IMG/VR virus record: IMGVR_UViG_3300029288_006769
Location: 186,367 to 250,366 of that record
Direction: 5' to 3' (one strand)
Length of the DNA: 64,000 nt
DNA from: a virus
Program-made: the position numbers and the translations under genes
The notes under the pieces: generated by a model
Told to the model about the DNA's origin: nothing
The model's input: the letters and a program-made list of their open reading frames with translations, nothing else
Databases searched by the model: none
Part shown: in pieces, positions 9,254-18,032 of the stretch
Position numbering within the stretch: the first letter of the stretch is position 1
How the letters are laid out: every line of letters starts with the position of its first letter

Positions 9254-10117
9254 TTATAATTTTTTATTTATGAATTTATCTAAGGCAAGAACTAAAGAAT
9301 ACGTGAACATTGCACCAGCAATGCCAAACCATGGCGTGATTTCTACTGGATTATTAAAAATCCACGCCCATCTATTTGCCGTATAAGATAGAAAAACAGA
9401 ACTATGATGCGGGTTTCCTGCAGCATCAAATGTAAGATAAATCCACTGAGATGCCCATGAAAAGCCAGGGATTTTTGTAATCCATGTTACAGCAGCCCAA
9501 TCCCATAAAGCTGCAAACAAAACTATAAACAAGAAAAGTTTCAAATAATGTCGAGTGTCCCAAGTGTTCCATGCATAAAAAAATAAAGGTATTGATACCA
9601 AAGCAAATTGTAATGCAATAGATCTCCCTGCAACACTAGTAAAATAAAGAAAAAACATTGTAACAGCTATATGAAATATTTGAAATGCCCATTTTGACCA
9701 TTCAGAAGAAGTAAATCGGTTATGTAATAGTCTAAATATTGTATAGAAAAATGCCCCACAAACTGGATAAAACAGCCAGTCTTCTAAAGTCAAAATCCAT
9801 TCAGGCCCAACAACAGACCAAGGATGAAAAAGCCAGCCAGGAAATGTCGTATCAAATTTCTCCATATAGATTCCCCAGAACCAACCGCATATTGAGCCGA
9901 TGATCATATGAGGAATAAAAACTTTGAAATTCATTTTTGAACGTTTTGAGAACAACAGATAAGTAGTAATAAACGTAATGATAGCAACAATAATTGGATA
10001 ACCAAGAGCGACAATTTTTTGAAAATTATTTTTAGGTTCTCCATCTTTTAAAACGGAATCAAGAGCACCTTGTTCTTTTAACTCGTCATAACGCTGTTTG
10101 TTTGATTTTGAATTCAT
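9254..10117 (-). CDS. Trp-rich polytopic membrane protein
   Basis: 287 aa with many hydrophobic helices; ATGA overlap with the upstream gene. Confidence 0.55.
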   Translation of the reverse strand: MNSKSNKQRYDELKEQGALDSVLKDGEPKNNFQKIVALGYPIIVAIITFITTYLLFSKRSKMNFKVFIPHMIIGSICGWFWGIYMEKFDTTFPGWLFHPWSVVGPEWILTLEDWLFYPVCGAFFYTIFRLLHNRFTSSEWSKWAFQIFHIAVTMFFLYFTSVAGRSIALQFALVSIPLFFYAWNTWDTRHYLKLFLFIVLFAALWDWAAVTWITKIPGFSWASQWIYLTFDAAGNPHHSSVFLSYTANRWAWIFNNPVEITPWFGIAGAMFTYSLVLALDKFINKKL

Positions 10118-11124
10118 GTTGTACTCATTGTGATTATTGTCCCAGAATCAGGTATTGAACTGAAAATTACTGGAATATCAAATAATTCTAAAAGGTCAAT
10201 TGCTGATTTCAATTTGCTATTTGCAAATTCTTTACATTTCGTGTCAAAGCCCTTGCTATTATCGACAATTTCGATTGTTTTATTATTGAATTTTACTATT
10301 ATTTCCGTTGCCATATTAGAAATTGAGCTTTCAAAAATTACATATAAAACTAACAATAATGTATAAGAATCTATATCAAGTGTCTTAGTTGTCTGATCTA
10401 CATAAGAAATTGTTACGTTTTTTTGCATCGTATAAGAAATTGTCGAGCGTATTAAAGTAATCAAATGTCCAAAATTGCTTGTGTTGTTTTGTGCAATACA
10501 TGTAAGTTTTTCGATAAGAACTTGCATTCTTTCTTTATTTTGTTCATCAAGATTTCTTATATAGTAAGACATAGGTGTGATACATTGAATTATTTCATGT
10601 TTCAAAATTTTATTTGTTTCTAACAAAATTCTCTTGAATTTTGTTCCCGGGTCTAATTTAAGTCGTTGTCTTAACAAGAATAATATTGAGATTAGAAGTA
10701 CCATGCTTACCGAATTACATAATAATAGAACAGGGTAATCTAATGCTAAAATGCAATATAAAACCGTTTCGGCAATGGATAAGTAAATTAGAACATCATA
10801 TACTCTAGTTCTTTTTCGTAGATAGCAATATGTTATCAAAACACTAAATAAGACTTGGATAGGGTAACCATAAAACAATAATTTAGGAAACATGATGACA
10901 AGAAACAACACAGAAAGATTGTCGACATATATTCTTATTTCTAGTGATTGTTTTTTATTATCATTTTGCAGACAAAAAATTGTAGAGGATAAATTCAACA
11001 GAATTGTCAATGAAGCAATTATTCGAATATACATGCAATCATAAGAAGTTATGAATGCACACATGACACAGGCCCAAAGAATCGAAATAGAAACAATCAA
11101 AATATTTGTTATTCTTAAAAACAT
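10114..11124 (-). CDS. membrane-embedded histidine-kinase-like protein (AgrC/LytS-like topology)
   Basis: about 5-6 N-terminal TM helices; C-terminal region has an H-box-like KHEIIQ segment and a G1-like IEIVDNSKGFD ATP-lid motif; no response regulator nearby. Confidence 0.4.
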   Translation of the reverse strand: MFLRITNILIVSISILWACVMCAFITSYDCMYIRIIASLTILLNLSSTIFCLQNDNKKQSLEIRIYVDNLSVLFLVIMFPKLLFYGYPIQVLFSVLITYCYLRKRTRVYDVLIYLSIAETVLYCILALDYPVLLLCNSVSMVLLISILFLLRQRLKLDPGTKFKRILLETNKILKHEIIQCITPMSYYIRNLDEQNKERMQVLIEKLTCIAQNNTSNFGHLITLIRSTISYTMQKNVTISYVDQTTKTLDIDSYTLLLVLYVIFESSISNMATEIIVKFNNKTIEIVDNSKGFDTKCKEFANSKLKSAIDLLELFDIPVIFSSIPDSGTIITMSTT

Positions 11125-11129
11125 TTTAT

Positions 11130-11447
11130 CTATCCGATCGTTTTTTTGTATTTACAGTATCGTTTTCTTTTTTCTTTGAGAATACCTGTTCTACAATATC
11201 TTGAAGATTTAGTTTGATTATTTTCACAATCAGAACAAAGTATAGGTCTTGGGATTTTTTCGATTACTATTTTTGTGATATGTTTTCGAAGACATTTTGG
11301 GCAAATATCGGCTTCTTTCCAACGTATTCCATTACTACTTCTTATTTGAAGAACAGCAAGCCGATAATCATCTTCTCCAATCTTAAATTTGAACTCACTT
11401 TTGTCAAATATTGGAGTCTTACAAATGTCGCAAACTGTTACCTTCAC
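11130..11447 (-). CDS. zinc-ribbon protein
   Basis: CDIC...CPKC and CSDC pairs. Confidence 0.5.
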   Translation of the reverse strand: MKVTVCDICKTPIFDKSEFKFKIGEDDYRLAVLQIRSSNGIRWKEADICPKCLRKHITKIVIEKIPRPILCSDCENNQTKSSRYCRTGILKEKRKRYCKYKKTIG

Positions 11448-11470
11448 AAAGGGCTCCGAGAAGTCCCGTC

Positions 11471-12313
11471 TTATAAGATTTCTAATAGAGCAGCTTCTAC
11501 GTCTTGAGTAAGAGTTACATCACCCTCATCAAGCCCAAAGTGCTCAAGAATTGTATCCATAGTCAAATCGCAAAGTGCATCTTGCCAATCGCCAACAAAA
11601 TAATACCGAGTAGATTCCTTTATCACTCCACAAAGTATCGGATCTTTCTTCTCGGCTTGTGTTTTTTCGACAGCTTTGTTGTCCGGATCTGTATGTATTA
11701 CGACAAAATCATCAAATAACATTTTTTCTCTTGCAACTTCCATACGTTCACGAATATCTTTAGGAATGAGACGAATATAGTTTTTAATTGGAGTAATTTT
11801 GATTATTCGATTTTGAACGCTTTCAACAAAAGCTTGTAGTATTTCTTTTTCAAAATATTTGTCGAAGCCACATGCAATCATTTCTTGCTCTCTGAGAAAT
11901 TTTCCAAATTTTTCATGTATTTTTTCTTTTAAAGCGATCTGGTTTGTGATAGCGGTAGATTCGAGAATAGATGCGACTTTTTCGAGACGCTGAGATAGTT
12001 CACGTCTCTCCATAGGTTTGAATCTGTCTTTTAAAAACTTAAAAACGACAACAGGTTTTAGAAGATTTTTAATCCTATTTCTTGGATGATTTGCATCTTG
12101 TATAGCACCTTTTTGCTTTTTAGGCAATCGAATTGCTCGCTTTACCCATTTCTTACCATCATTATCAGATTTATCGGATTCGTCATCTGAATAATTTATT
12201 GAATCAGTGACATAAATACTTGTATCAGAAGGAGTAAAAAATGAAAAAGTACCTGAAGTAGATGCACTTGAAACATAATGACTACCGGAAGGTATTGTTG
12301 TCATAGATATCAT
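11471..12313 (-). CDS. hypothetical protein
   Basis: 280-aa ORF. Confidence 0.5.
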   Translation of the reverse strand: MISMTTIPSGSHYVSSASTSGTFSFFTPSDTSIYVTDSINYSDDESDKSDNDGKKWVKRAIRLPKKQKGAIQDANHPRNRIKNLLKPVVVFKFLKDRFKPMERRELSQRLEKVASILESTAITNQIALKEKIHEKFGKFLREQEMIACGFDKYFEKEILQAFVESVQNRIIKITPIKNYIRLIPKDIRERMEVAREKMLFDDFVVIHTDPDNKAVEKTQAEKKDPILCGVIKESTRYYFVGDWQDALCDLTMDTILEHFGLDEGDVTLTQDVEAALLEIL

Positions 12314-12639
12314 AGAGACTCCTTTATGAATTTTAGTTTATTCTGTTTTGGTTTGATAACAAGTTTTTCTGTATTATGACATTTCAAACAAATTTGCTTT
12401 GCTACAGATAAAACTCCATTACTGCAATGTTCTTGTCGCTCTTCTCTAAAATATTGTGTTCCTTTTGGTATTGGAGATCTGCATTCGCAACATTTCCAGT
12501 TTTTTCCTGCTTTGCATATTTTACCAATTGTTCGAGTTTTTGCTGCTTCATAGTATGCATCAATTAAATCTTTACGACCTTGACTTTTTACAAACTCAAA
12601 AATCTCTTCAAGTTTTTGGTGTTGTTTCTGGTAATGCAT
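12310..12639 (-). CDS. hypothetical Cys-containing protein
   Basis: 109 aa; CCECRSP...CLKCHN. Confidence 0.45.
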   Translation of the reverse strand: MHYQKQHQKLEEIFEFVKSQGRKDLIDAYYEAAKTRTIGKICKAGKNWKCCECRSPIPKGTQYFREERQEHCSNGVLSVAKQICLKCHNTEKLVIKPKQNKLKFIKESL

Positions 12640-13105
12640 TTGTCAGATTGATTGTTTTCATTTTCTCTAAGCTTATTTGAAGCTGTTCAAGCTCTTTTTG
12701 ATCCCGTTCTATACTTTGTTTTGTCGATCTTATATGATTCTCCACACTTGCTGTATCGATTAGAATATTGTATATTTTCAAAAAATTCGTCAAAGCATCA
12801 GCTCTACAGAACAACAAAGTTATATCATCGTCATTAAAATAAAGATGAACATTACCAACATCAAAATTACAGCGATATGTAGTCTGTAAAAAATTTGCCA
12901 ACAATTTATGTCTATGGATATTAGAATCTAAACGATTATCATCAGTCAACAACCACTTCGCTTCATTAAGAATTTCAGGACAGGATAAAGCATTTTGAAG
13001 TAATTGAGAACAACAATCGGATTTGATTCTTTCAAGAATGTTGATTTTTTCTTGGACTTCGTCAATATGCATCTTTAAAGTTTCGATATCGTCTTTAAGT
13101 ATCAT
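12608..13105 (-). CDS. hypothetical coiled-coil protein
   Basis: 165 aa. Confidence 0.45.
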   Translation of the reverse strand: MILKDDIETLKMHIDEVQEKINILERIKSDCCSQLLQNALSCPEILNEAKWLLTDDNRLDSNIHRHKLLANFLQTTYRCNFDVGNVHLYFNDDDITLLFCRADALTNFLKIYNILIDTASVENHIRSTKQSIERDQKELEQLQISLEKMKTINLTNALPETTPKT

Positions 13106-13280
13106 TCTTATTCTCCAAATCTTCCAAATCTAAAACTATCTGTCCTCTATATAAAACAACCGACAGAATTCTTTTTCCAATAAGCATCGACAGATCTACT
13201 GGAAAATTCGTGTCTGGGTCAAGAACGGATTGCGGGCCTCCAAAATCAGAATGATCTGTGTAATCTATCTTTACTTTCAT
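13095..13280 (-). CDS. hypothetical small protein
   Basis: 61-aa ORF. Confidence 0.3.
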   Translation of the reverse strand: MKVKIDYTDHSDFGGPQSVLDPDTNFPVDLSMLIGKRILSVVLYRGQIVLDLEDLENKNDT

Positions 13281-13311
13281 GATGGTTTATATACAAGAAA
13301 TCTAAAACAAA

Positions 13312-13346
13312 AACAAAAAAGGCCCGGGTTATTGCGTCCCCGGACC
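13312..13346 (-). terminator. rho-independent terminator downstream of the tmRNA
   Basis: minus strand GGTCCGGGGACGCAATAACCCGGGCC (8-bp GC stem) followed by TTTTTTGTTTTTG. Confidence 0.5.
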
Positions 13347-13385
13347 CTCAACAGAAGAGCTGTGTGGCTCCATAAAGGAATTTAA

Positions 13386-13781
13386 TGGAGGCGACGGGAG
13401 TCGAACCCGTGTCCAGAAAACGATCCATGACAATCACTACATGCTTATCTCAGTTTTAATACTCCAACACACTAACTGGGCAAACAATGCTATTGGAGTG
13501 CAAGAACGTAACTTCGGTCCCCTTCTCTCTCTTGCGATTCGGATTCCCTATTCGTGTCTGTAAAAGATTCGGCTCACACGACTGCACCAGAATCTTTTGT
13601 TGCTTTTAATTAAGCAACGACTGAATTCGCAACACCCAAGCGAACATTGTTCGCAAAAGCGAGAGCGAATTTTACTGCATAATTGTTGGCAATTATGTTT
13701 TTCCGGATTTTTACGAGGCCATCCAGACCCTCGGCATGCGACTGGCAATTCACATAATCTGTCGAAAACCGATACGCCCCC
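13386..13781 (-). ncRNA. ssrA: tmRNA (SsrA), one-piece
   Basis: minus-strand 5' end GGGGGCGTATCGGTTTTCGACAG...GCATGCCGAGGG..TGGCCTCGTAAAAA.CCG.AAAAA matches the conserved tmRNA 5' domain; 3' end GGGTTCGACTCCCGTCGCCTCCA forms the T-arm and acceptor; the 7-bp acceptor stem has a G3:U70 Ala identity pair; resume codon GCC at nt 92; tag ORF ends at a TAA inside the TTGCTTAATTAAAAGCAA hairpin; CCA is not encoded. Confidence 0.85.
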
Positions 13782-13799
13782 TAATTTTCAAAGACCACA

Positions 13800-13828
13800 A
13801 TTATAAAATACCATAAAATATCAAACAA
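13800..13828 (-). promoter_or_regulatory. sigma-70-type promoter for the tmRNA
   Basis: minus strand TTGTTT, 17-nt spacer, TATAAT, about 18 nt before the mature 5' end, consistent with a precursor processed by RNase P. Confidence 0.45.
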
Positions 13829-13838
13829 GTGTAAAAAA

Positions 13839-15032
13839 TTATCCCACGGGCAAACCCGATAAGAATCCTTCCTTTTCTCCTATCAAATCTTTCATGCCTT
13901 TTTCTTTAATAGCATTGAACTGATCGACAAAAACGAAGAAGAGTCTCATAACTGATTCAGGTTTGTCTTTCCAATCAGAAACACTTAACGGATCGACAGT
14001 TAAACCCTGCAATATTTCAGCTCCTGCTCCAACACCAACTTCTGTTGTTCTTGGTTTTGGTGTACAGATACCACTGCCACCAGCTCTATATTGAACATCA
14101 GTTTGAATAGAATCAGCGCTTGCTGCACATGGAACAGCATTTGAAAAATAGGCTGTCGATCTGGGTGCTTCACACAATATTCCATCCGTTATTTGTGAAT
14201 CGACAACATCTGATATTGATCGTAATCTTAAAGCTCTTAAAGTTCCACTAGATTTTTTTAATGATTTTGTCGGGATTGAACTCGCAAAACAATCAGGGGA
14301 AATAGATTTTGAGTTGAAATTATAGGATTTATATTGGATAAATTCTGGTGCCCATGTTTGGCCGACAGATTCTGTCGATCCTTGGACTCCAGTAGACCCA
14401 TAAAGAACATCACTACTAAAAATTGGCGACTGTTGTGTAACACTGATATGCTTCTGGATAATAGCTTCACGCACAACTTTAGGTCTGTAAAAAGCAAAAC
14501 CGAAAGCAGGGACAGTATCTTCTTTACCTATTACAAGTTCAGGAACTGATTTAGCCAAATCCTCTGTAAAGAAAAACTGTCTTACCTTACCATCAGCAGT
14601 ACGGAACCCATCCCACCACAACTTATTAGGATAAGCTACATAGTTCTGATCAGGCCATTTAAAATTGCATTTTTCACAGAACAAACCATCTTTGAAGGGT
14701 TCATCGTGAATCGGACAGCGTTCTTTGTACCGTTCCAACATAAAACCATTTGTCCGTTGCCCCGTAATAGGATTCATCCCTTTGATTGATAGTAGAACGG
14801 CTGTATTTGTCCAGTCATTATCGGTGAAATCAAACCACAAACCCCAATCAGTATCCACAGGTACGACGTAATTTCCTGGGCCTGCAATCCATGACGGTAA
14901 AGGTTCTTTAAAAGCATCCACAGGATAAACATCGACAGGATTCCCAGGAGGTAAACTATGAGGACCGTCTCCCATTAGTCTTCGAGCTTTCATTATTCTA
15001 GCAGAAAAACCTGCATATTGCATTGTATACAT
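13839..15032 (-). CDS. conserved hypothetical protein, Trp-rich (possible virion protein)
   Basis: 397 aa; RBS TGGAGGAAATAATTTATG. Confidence 0.55.
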   Translation of the reverse strand: MYTMQYAGFSARIMKARRLMGDGPHSLPPGNPVDVYPVDAFKEPLPSWIAGPGNYVVPVDTDWGLWFDFTDNDWTNTAVLLSIKGMNPITGQRTNGFMLERYKERCPIHDEPFKDGLFCEKCNFKWPDQNYVAYPNKLWWDGFRTADGKVRQFFFTEDLAKSVPELVIGKEDTVPAFGFAFYRPKVVREAIIQKHISVTQQSPIFSSDVLYGSTGVQGSTESVGQTWAPEFIQYKSYNFNSKSISPDCFASSIPTKSLKKSSGTLRALRLRSISDVVDSQITDGILCEAPRSTAYFSNAVPCAASADSIQTDVQYRAGGSGICTPKPRTTEVGVGAGAEILQGLTVDPLSVSDWKDKPESVMRLFFVFVDQFNAIKEKGMKDLIGEKEGFLSGLPVG

Positions 15033-15063
15033 AAATTATTTCCTCCAAGTTTTTTAACAAAAC

Positions 15064-15096
15064 GAGCTGGCGCCATTAAAAAAAATGGCGCCAAAT
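15064..15096 (-). terminator. hairpin terminator
   Basis: perfect palindromic TGGCGCCA arms (15068-15075 and 15086-15093) around an A/T loop, downstream of the 15101 gene. Confidence 0.4.
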
Positions 15097-15100
15097 CAAA

Positions 15101-15970
15101 TTAATATGTCTTGTGTTGAATTGTTCTGAAAGGATCAGAATCTCTACTTTTTGAGATTCTTCTTTTAAGACTTGGAAGTTTGTCCTCAGTTTCAAGTTCC
15201 TTATATTGAACAAATGCTTTCGGGAACTCTTTTGATAATTGCTCAAAAGATAATTCACGATATGTCCTTGCAGGATCTGTCGTGCTATCCGAAATTATGC
15301 GGAGCAATGCTAACCTTTTTGAGTTTTTGATGTCATGAGTTATACCGCATTCTTCGCAAAAGCCATCGACAAGAAGAACATTTGAGTGTAGAGGACATTC
15401 ATAGAAAACTTCAAGGGGAAATTCACCAACTTTGAATACCTGCTTTGTTTCTCCTTTGATTTCAAAGGTCGATGGAGTTATTTGATACCGAGCTTTCCTT
15501 ATCATATAAAGAGAACTCTCAGTATCAACTGTACCATCATCAAAGAAGATGATGCAATTTCTCTCTTTACTACGTTTTCTGAGTTGTTCCTCGACTTCAG
15601 CAGAACTTTCTTTTCCATAGGCTTCAAGAAGTTCAAGATCGCTCCACTGACCAATTGGCCTCAATGTTTTTGCTAAAGCAGCAAGATCAGAAATTTCTGC
15701 TGTGTCAGGTTTTGGAGGTTGTAAACTCGCCCATGCAAGTTTTAAACGAGGTACGGGAATAGCTGCACCATCTGCATGTATTTTTGCTGTTGCCCCGTAA
15801 AAATCATCAAATGTCGTTGTTGGCGCATCCAGGATTTCTAAACCTATTTCAGGTTCGTCAATTCCCATTTCAAAAAGAATCTTATCGAGTTCATTTTTTT
15901 CGATTTTGAGGTATTTTAAAGCTGTTTCGATGCGGGAATTAAAAGCTGTAGTCTTTGAAGATTCATTCAT
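15101..15970 (-). CDS. hypothetical protein
   Basis: start at the internal Met (MNESSK) supported by the RBS AGGAGAAATTGAAATG. Confidence 0.5.
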   Translation of the reverse strand: MNESSKTTAFNSRIETALKYLKIEKNELDKILFEMGIDEPEIGLEILDAPTTTFDDFYGATAKIHADGAAIPVPRLKLAWASLQPPKPDTAEISDLAALAKTLRPIGQWSDLELLEAYGKESSAEVEEQLRKRSKERNCIIFFDDGTVDTESSLYMIRKARYQITPSTFEIKGETKQVFKVGEFPLEVFYECPLHSNVLLVDGFCEECGITHDIKNSKRLALLRIISDSTTDPARTYRELSFEQLSKEFPKAFVQYKELETEDKLPSLKRRISKSRDSDPFRTIQHKTY

Positions 15971-16092
15971 TTCAATTTCTCCTGTTTTGAACCTTTGTAT
16001 CGGTTCGGTTATGCTACTTGTGTAGCGAATTTGTAGCAACTTGGTCTCACGGTTGCTATTACCTAAGCTTGTTTAAAGTCTTAAGCTATAGA

Positions 16093-16302
16093 CTATTCGT
16101 CTCTGTCTTCGGCCTCCTTTCTGTTCTTGATAGCAATATATATACTTGCAATAGAAATAGGCCAAAAAAATGAAAAAATTATATGTGACGATAACTCTTT
16201 TGTTTTCCAAAATCCTTGAATTGACATGAATACGTAAAAAAACAAACCACAAAAGAAATAAACAAAAATCAATTTTCCAACTAAACACAGAAACTCCAGC
16301 AT
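16093..16302 (-). CDS. small 2-TM protein with charged C-terminal tail (holin-like)
   Basis: 69 aa, two hydrophobic helices, tail KNRKEAEDRDE; strong RBS GAGGAGAGTAGTATG; the overlapping alternative ORF 16073-16288 was rejected. Confidence 0.45.
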   Translation of the reverse strand: MLEFLCLVGKLIFVYFFCGLFFYVFMSIQGFWKTKELSSHIIFSFFWPISIASIYIAIKNRKEAEDRDE

Positions 16303-16312
16303 ACTACTCTCC

Positions 16313-16819
16313 TCATTTAGCTGTTTGTATTATAGCGAATTCTGTCAATATTGCTGTCGCTAAACCAGCAATAAATCCAAAATAAACTATGTTTTTTTCA
16401 AGCCATGTTCGCTCAACTTTCTTATTGAGATTTTTTATTTCATTTTGATAAACCTTTTCTGCTTCTAAGGAATTGTCATAGTAATCATTATATAATTTTT
16501 TGACCAATGTTAGTTTTTTATCTAAATATTCGCCATTATTTCTATAATAAATAAAAAGAGCTGCTTTTTTCTCACTAAACAGAATGCCAGGATGAAGTTG
16601 TAAGGTGTCTCTATATATGGTAGTTAAACGACCCGAATCTATTGGAATAGATTTGAAATCCATTAAAGACGTATCGACTATATTTGTATTGGGTGGCATT
16701 AAAATATCTATGTCTAATTTTTCTGGGAGATAACTGTATTTTAGTGGTTGCTCAGCAATTTTAGCTGTTGATGCGCATGAAACAAACAAAAAACAAAATA
16801 AAACAACGATATTTTTCAT
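16313..16819 (-). CDS. lipoprotein with a C-terminal TM helix (o-spanin or u-spanin-like)
   Basis: start at the internal Met; signal MKNIVVLFCFLFVSCAS with an L-F-V-S-C lipobox; C-terminal hydrophobic helix IVYFGFIAGLATAILTEFAII. Confidence 0.5.
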   Translation of the reverse strand: MKNIVVLFCFLFVSCASTAKIAEQPLKYSYLPEKLDIDILMPPNTNIVDTSLMDFKSIPIDSGRLTTIYRDTLQLHPGILFSEKKAALFIYYRNNGEYLDKKLTLVKKLYNDYYDNSLEAEKVYQNEIKNLNKKVERTWLEKNIVYFGFIAGLATAILTEFAIIQTAK

Positions 16820-16820
16820 A

Positions 16821-17195
16821 TTAACCCACCATCTCTGCAAGGCGCTTTCGACGTTCTCTGTCATCAGGAATCTTTTGTACTTCTTTAAGCTCATTCATTA
16901 ATTGTTCATTTTTAGTTTTTTCTATAGCAGCTTCAACTTTTACGACAGAATTTACTTCTTCAAGTTTTCCTTTGATCGATGTTATATCATCCTTTAATGT
17001 AGTTGCATTAGAACTCGTAGATGCAGTTCCTTTTGAACGAATAGTAGCTAAAATCTTCAAAACTAAAACAAGAACAGCTGGAATCAAAATTAAAGCATAT
17101 CTCCAGTTCTTCTTTACAAAAGCTGTTTTACGGAAAATTATCAGAAGAATGATAGCAATTGTGCAAAGGATTAACAAGAAAATTTCGGTTGTCAT
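16821..17195 (-). CDS. membrane-anchored coiled-coil protein (i-spanin-like)
   Basis: N-terminal TM segment(s), then a Lys/Glu-rich coiled coil; its stop is immediately followed by the lipoprotein start (TAATATG). Confidence 0.45.
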   Translation of the reverse strand: MTTEIFLLILCTIAIILLIIFRKTAFVKKNWRYALILIPAVLVLVLKILATIRSKGTASTSSNATTLKDDITSIKGKLEEVNSVVKVEAAIEKTKNEQLMNELKEVQKIPDDRERRKRLAEMVG

Positions 17196-17731
17196 ACTTC
17201 CTCCTTGTTGAGTTCTAGTTTTTCAGCATCTATAGAAAATTTCCTCACAGAAGCACTTGCAAATTTAATTAACGAATTATATGAAGTTTTTAATTGATCA
17301 TCATTCATTTCGGTAAATAATTTTGCCAAATCTCTTTCGATAGTGCTCAAAACAACTTTGACTTCATCTGGGTCTAAATAAAGAATACCTGCAAGAACCA
17401 TTTTAATATCGTCAAATTTGTTTTCTGTAACTAACTTTTTAAAATGTTCAAATGAAAGTTTGCGTTTTTTGTCTTGGTAATTGAAAATAATACGTTTACT
17501 TACTTTTCGTATTGTATACCCATCCCAAGAACCGAATAATTTTTGATAAGAAGAAATTGTATTCAAACAAAAACGAAAGGCATCTAGTTCATTGTCTGTT
17601 TCAATCAATAAACCATTATTGTCCACAAAATTTGCATTGCGAAACTGGGCTCGAGCCATGCTTAAAATGGTTTTTGTTTCCTTCTTGGGGAGACAATGCC
17701 ACCCCTCGAATTCTAACTTCAATTTGTGCAT
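17192..17731 (-). CDS. hypothetical protein
   Basis: 179 aa; ATGA overlap with the downstream gene. Confidence 0.45.
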   Translation of the reverse strand: MHKLKLEFEGWHCLPKKETKTILSMARAQFRNANFVDNNGLLIETDNELDAFRFCLNTISSYQKLFGSWDGYTIRKVSKRIIFNYQDKKRKLSFEHFKKLVTENKFDDIKMVLAGILYLDPDEVKVVLSTIERDLAKLFTEMNDDQLKTSYNSLIKFASASVRKFSIDAEKLELNKEEV

Positions 17732-17791
17732 GAAAATTCATTTCTTTTAATCTCTTTTTATATTAATTTTCAAGAAACAGATTTAATAATA

Positions 17792-18022
17792 TTACCGCCC
17801 GACAATAGACTTTGCACGTGGAAGACCAAAATTAGTTACACCAGCAATACACCAAGTTTTACCTCTTGAACGTCTTGCATTGCCACTATTAACCGGATCA
17901 CTAACCAATGCATTTGTGCTTCCATAATCATTAATTTCCAATGATGTGCTTGCCATCTTAATATTTCTTTCAACACCTGCATCAGTTGTACAAGGAATTG
18001 TGCAAATTGTCCCGTTTGTCAT
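17792..18022 (-). CDS. small Cys/Thr-rich protein (possible peptide precursor)
   Basis: 76 aa, MTNGTICTIPCTTDAGV... Confidence 0.35.
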   Translation of the reverse strand: MTNGTICTIPCTTDAGVERNIKMASTSLEINDYGSTNALVSDPVNSGNARRSRGKTWCIAGVTNFGLPRAKSIVGR

Positions 18023-18032
18023 ACAAACCTCC

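Noticed and set aside
16073-16288. Alternative 71-aa ORF overlapping the holin-like gene
   Set aside because: It is in a different frame from 16093-16302, lacks an RBS, and its translation is low complexity. The 16093-16302 frame has a strong GAGGAG RBS and a holin-like topology.
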